64,000 bases of DNA, taken from positions 128-64,127 of the forward strand of contig JBDUBD010000001.1 in assembly GCA_040004295.1 (NCBI GenBank). The letters run 5' to 3'. Under the pieces are notes generated by a model. The model worked only from the letters and a program-made list of their open reading frames with translations, was not told the origin of the DNA and made no database searches. The translations under genes and the position numbers were made by a program. Shown here piece after piece: positions 61,188 to 64,000 of the stretch. The stretch's first letter is position 1. Each line of letters starts with the position of its first letter. The DNA comes from Sphingomonadales bacterium. GTDB lineage: Bacteria > Pseudomonadota > Alphaproteobacteria > Sphingomonadales > Sphingomonadaceae.

Positions 61188-62111
61188 ATGGCCGATCAAC
61201 GCCTCGCCCATTCGGACGCGCCGCCGCTTCCTGTCCGGCTTCTCGACGGGGAGCGGACACAGCGGATCGCTAACGGTAACCTGGGCATTCAGGTGCGCGA
61301 GTGGGGAAAACCTGACGCACCCGCCATGGTCCTGCTGCACGGTCTGCGCGGCTATTCCGGTACTTGGCGCAATTTTGCCGCTGCGTTTTCGGATCGGTGG
61401 CACATGATCGCGCTGGATGCGCGCGGGCGGGGTGACAGCGACTGGGACGTCGATCGCAACTATTACACCGATGCTTATCTGAGAGATCTGGAGGCGGTGG
61501 TCGATGGACTGGCCCTCGATCGCTTTGTGTTGGTCGGGCATTCGATGGGCGGAACGACATCCTATTGCTACGCCGCTAAGCACCCGCAGCGTCTGAATGC
61601 TCTGATTGTGGAAGACATCACGGCCGGATCTTCTGTTGCGGGTGCGGGTTTCGAGCGGATAGTGGCGGAAATGGCCGCACTGCCGACGCGCTTCGACAAC
61701 TGGGCCGGGGCGCGTGCCTATTGGCGCAAGCTGCGACCGGGCGTTTCCCATGCAGCAATCGAGGAACGCCTATTTGAATCGATGTGTGCTGGCGATGGCG
61801 ACACTGTGGTCTGGCGTTACGACGCTGAGGGGATCGCCGCGACCCGCATTGCACCGGATCCGTCTCGCCTGGTGGATCTGCACCCGGTCATTGGTGCGAT
61901 ACGCACGCCGACTCTGATCATCCGTGGCGGACGTTCCGACTTCTGCAACCTGACCAAGGTGGAGGAACTGGAAGCCGCCAATGCGATGCTGTCGCATGCC
62001 AGCGTGGCGGACGCTTCGCACTACGTCCACGATGACGCGCCGGAAAGTTACCTGCGTCTGGTGGAAGGCTTCCTGGCCGGACTCAAAGTCGGCCGGGTCG
62101 CGCCGAATTGA
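61188..62111 (+). CDS. Alpha/beta-fold hydrolase
   Basis: LLHG oxyanion segment, DARGRGDS, GHSMG nucleophile elbow, SHYVH catalytic His. Confidence 0.9.
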   Translation: MADQRLAHSDAPPLPVRLLDGERTQRIANGNLGIQVREWGKPDAPAMVLLHGLRGYSGTWRNFAAAFSDRWHMIALDARGRGDSDWDVDRNYYTDAYLRDLEAVVDGLALDRFVLVGHSMGGTTSYCYAAKHPQRLNALIVEDITAGSSVAGAGFERIVAEMAALPTRFDNWAGARAYWRKLRPGVSHAAIEERLFESMCAGDGDTVVWRYDAEGIAATRIAPDPSRLVDLHPVIGAIRTPTLIIRGGRSDFCNLTKVEELEAANAMLSHASVADASHYVHDDAPESYLRLVEGFLAGLKVGRVAPN

Positions 62112-62125
62112 CAGGATGACGATCA

Positions 62126-63727
62126 ATGACTGACCAGACCATCGTTCAGGGTGCCGTCACGACGCGGCTCGGCGCGGACCTGCTGCTCGACAGCCTGTAT
62201 CGTGGTGGCGCACGGATATGCTTTGCCAATCCGGGGACGACCGAGTTGGGGCTGGTGAGCGCGTTGGCGCGGGACGGGCGCATTCGCTGCGTCCTCAGCC
62301 TGTTTGAAGGTGTCTGCACCGGCGCAGCAGATGGATATGCGCGCGTTTCCGGTCATGTCCCGCTGACATTGCTGCATCTTGGTCCCGGCTTTGCCAACGG
62401 GATTGCCAACCTGCACAACGCCCGCCGTGCGGGGTCGCGGATCATCAACTTGATTGGCGACCATGCCACCTGGCATTTGCCTTACGATGCGCCGCTGACT
62501 TCTGACATCTATTCTTTGGCTAGTCCGGTTTCGCGTGATGTTATCTACCTCGAAAGCGTCGCCGCGATTTCCGGCGGCGTGCGGCGGGCGTTTGCCGCGA
62601 CCAACCTAGCCGAGGGTGGGGCGGCCACGATCATTTTTCCTACCGATGCGGTCGATGCGCCTACACCGATAGATACCGCGCCCATCGTCGAAGTGCCATA
62701 TTTGCCGACGCCCGTTGCCGAGGCGACGATCGAGGCCGCTGCTGCGACTTTGTCGGAAGGTGGCGATACGATTGTCCTGCTCGGCGGCAATGCCCTGACT
62801 GAAGGTGGTATTCGTGCCGGTGCCCAACTGGCGGAGAAACTTGGCGGGCGGCTGCTGATGGAGCCGTATCCTGCGATCGTGACGCTGGGCGGCGACCTGC
62901 CCGCAGTCGAACGACAAGCCTATTTTCCTGACGACGTGATCGCACAGATGGGTGAAGCGCGCGTGGTGTTGGCCGGCGCACGAATGCCGATCAGCTATTT
63001 CGGCTACGAGGGTTGGCCCAGCCAGCTCGTTCCCGACAGCCGTCTGGTGCGCCTCGCAGAACCGGGAGAGGACGCTGTGGGCGCACTCAAGGCGCTGCTG
63101 ACATGGATCGGCGCCGCCGCCGGCCAAACCGTTGTTGCTACCTCGGCCGCAGCGACACCGGCGTCTGCGGACGCCTCGCCGGTCGCTCTGTCGCCAGCAT
63201 CGGTTGTCGAAGAGCTTCTGGCGCAATTGCCGCAGGATTCGATCATCTCGCTCGAGGGCTCGACCCTTGGAGGGCCATGGCTCCGCAATGCCTATCGGGC
63301 ACGCCGCCACCGGGTCATGACCAACACGGGCGGCGCCATCGGGCAGGGGCTGCCTTGCGCGGTCGGCGCTGCCCTCGCCGAGCCGGGTGCGCAGGTGATT
63401 TCGTTACAGTCCGACGGCAGTGCCCAATACACGCTGCAATCGCTGTGGACCATGGCGCGCGAGAAGCTCAAGGTCACTGTGATCATAGCCGCCAACCATC
63501 GCTATGCCATCCTCCAGACAGAGCTGAACCGGGCTGCCGCTCCTCTTGAGGACAGCGTGATTGCCAGCCTGACCAAGCTCGACAAACCGCGGGTGGACTG
63601 GGTCGCGCTGGCCACCGGCTATGGCGTGGAAGCCGTGCGGGCGTCCACCAACGCCGAGCTGGCCGCAGCATTGCAACGGGGCCTGGCGCTCGAAGGCCCG
63701 TTGCTGATCCAGGCAGAGCTGCCGTGA
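62126..63727 (+). CDS. ThDP-dependent enzyme ('acetolactate synthase large subunit'-like decarboxylase/lyase family)
   Basis: CFANPGTTE, LFEGVCTGAADGYAR, LHLGPG, variant ThDP motif SDGS...NHRYAIL. Confidence 0.88.
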   Translation: MTDQTIVQGAVTTRLGADLLLDSLYRGGARICFANPGTTELGLVSALARDGRIRCVLSLFEGVCTGAADGYARVSGHVPLTLLHLGPGFANGIANLHNARRAGSRIINLIGDHATWHLPYDAPLTSDIYSLASPVSRDVIYLESVAAISGGVRRAFAATNLAEGGAATIIFPTDAVDAPTPIDTAPIVEVPYLPTPVAEATIEAAAATLSEGGDTIVLLGGNALTEGGIRAGAQLAEKLGGRLLMEPYPAIVTLGGDLPAVERQAYFPDDVIAQMGEARVVLAGARMPISYFGYEGWPSQLVPDSRLVRLAEPGEDAVGALKALLTWIGAAAGQTVVATSAAATPASADASPVALSPASVVEELLAQLPQDSIISLEGSTLGGPWLRNAYRARRHRVMTNTGGAIGQGLPCAVGAALAEPGAQVISLQSDGSAQYTLQSLWTMAREKLKVTVIIAANHRYAILQTELNRAAAPLEDSVIASLTKLDKPRVDWVALATGYGVEAVRASTNAELAAALQRGLALEGPLLIQAELP

Positions 63728-64000
63728 GTGAGGCATCGCGCGTTGCTATCCTGACCGGCGGCAGTGGCGGAATTGTTCCCGGCATTGCCGAAGAACTGGC
63801 TCGGGCGGGTTTCGCGATCGTGCTCACCGCGCGTGGCATCGATGCGCTTCGGGCCGCAGCCGACCGGATAGGCGCCAACACCGGCATCGCGATTGCTGCC
63901 TTTGCGTCCGATGCCCGCGACGTAGCTTCGTCGAAGGCGCTTGTCGCGCAGGTACTGGACAGGTTTGGTCGGGTCGACGTCCTTGTGAATGCCGCTGCAA
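63724..64000 (+). CDS. SDR-family oxidoreductase, 5' partial
   Basis: VAILTGGSGGIVPGIA, LDRFGRVDVLVNAA; GTG overlaps the ThDP-enzyme stop; runs off the window. Confidence 0.85.
   Translation, partial: MSEASRVAILTGGSGGIVPGIAEELARAGFAIVLTARGIDALRAAADRIGANTGIAIAAFASDARDVASSKALVAQVLDRFGRVDVLVNAAA

Larger units (their letters stand above)
43631..64000. mobile_element. tRNA-Gly-associated genomic island, left arm; extends beyond the window
   Basis: att fragment at the left end, IS debris just inside, only accessory genes afterwards, very AT-rich spacers. Confidence 0.72.

Noticed and set aside
50050-62111. Assignment to steroid (hsaA/C/D/E) or IAA (iac) degradation
   Set aside because: There is partial family overlap only. 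No two-domain HsaC, aldolase, steroid-ring enzymes or Rieske IacCD are present, and the transaminase, DUF1185 and propeller are not part of those pathways.

Overview
The window is an alphaproteobacterial chromosome segment, most likely from a sphingomonad, and has two parts. Bases 1 to about 43.6 kb are core genome around the replication origin. The predicted oriC lies between the PDRP gene and hemE, followed by hemE-hemJ-rho-mnmE-mnmG-rsmG-parA-parB with two strong parS sites. The rest of the core is leuS/lptE/holA, lepA, polA, purH, rpe, rsmB, gpsA/tsaD, hemCD, pgl, hppD-VOC/MarR, and three REP-like inverted-repeat doublets. At 43631-43650 there is a 20-bp copy of a tRNA-Gly 3' end with a terminator-like hairpin beside it. 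I read this as the att boundary of a tRNA-targeted genomic island that runs past the right end of the window. The island edge holds about 2 kb of fragments (IS1182, LytTR regulator, IS3, threonine aldolase). After that comes an apparently intact catabolic cluster of about 18 kb that matches no pathway I can name. It encodes a lipoprotein cytochrome c'-like protein, a SnoaL protein with a degenerate Tat motif, a TonB-dependent receptor, an HsaA-like flavin monooxygenase, LysR, an omega-aminotransferase, MFS, GNAT, an SDR lacking its catalytic triad, an MhpD-like hydratase, an aldehyde dehydrogenase, a cytoplasmic 7-Asp-box beta-propeller, a single-domain extradiol-dioxygenase-like VOC, DUF1185, an alpha/beta hydrolase, a ThDP enzyme and a second SDR. 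My inference is uptake and ring-cleavage degradation of an aromatic or heterocyclic amine. No CRISPR array, rRNA or complete tRNA was seen. All product calls come from motif recognition by eye; no database searches were run.
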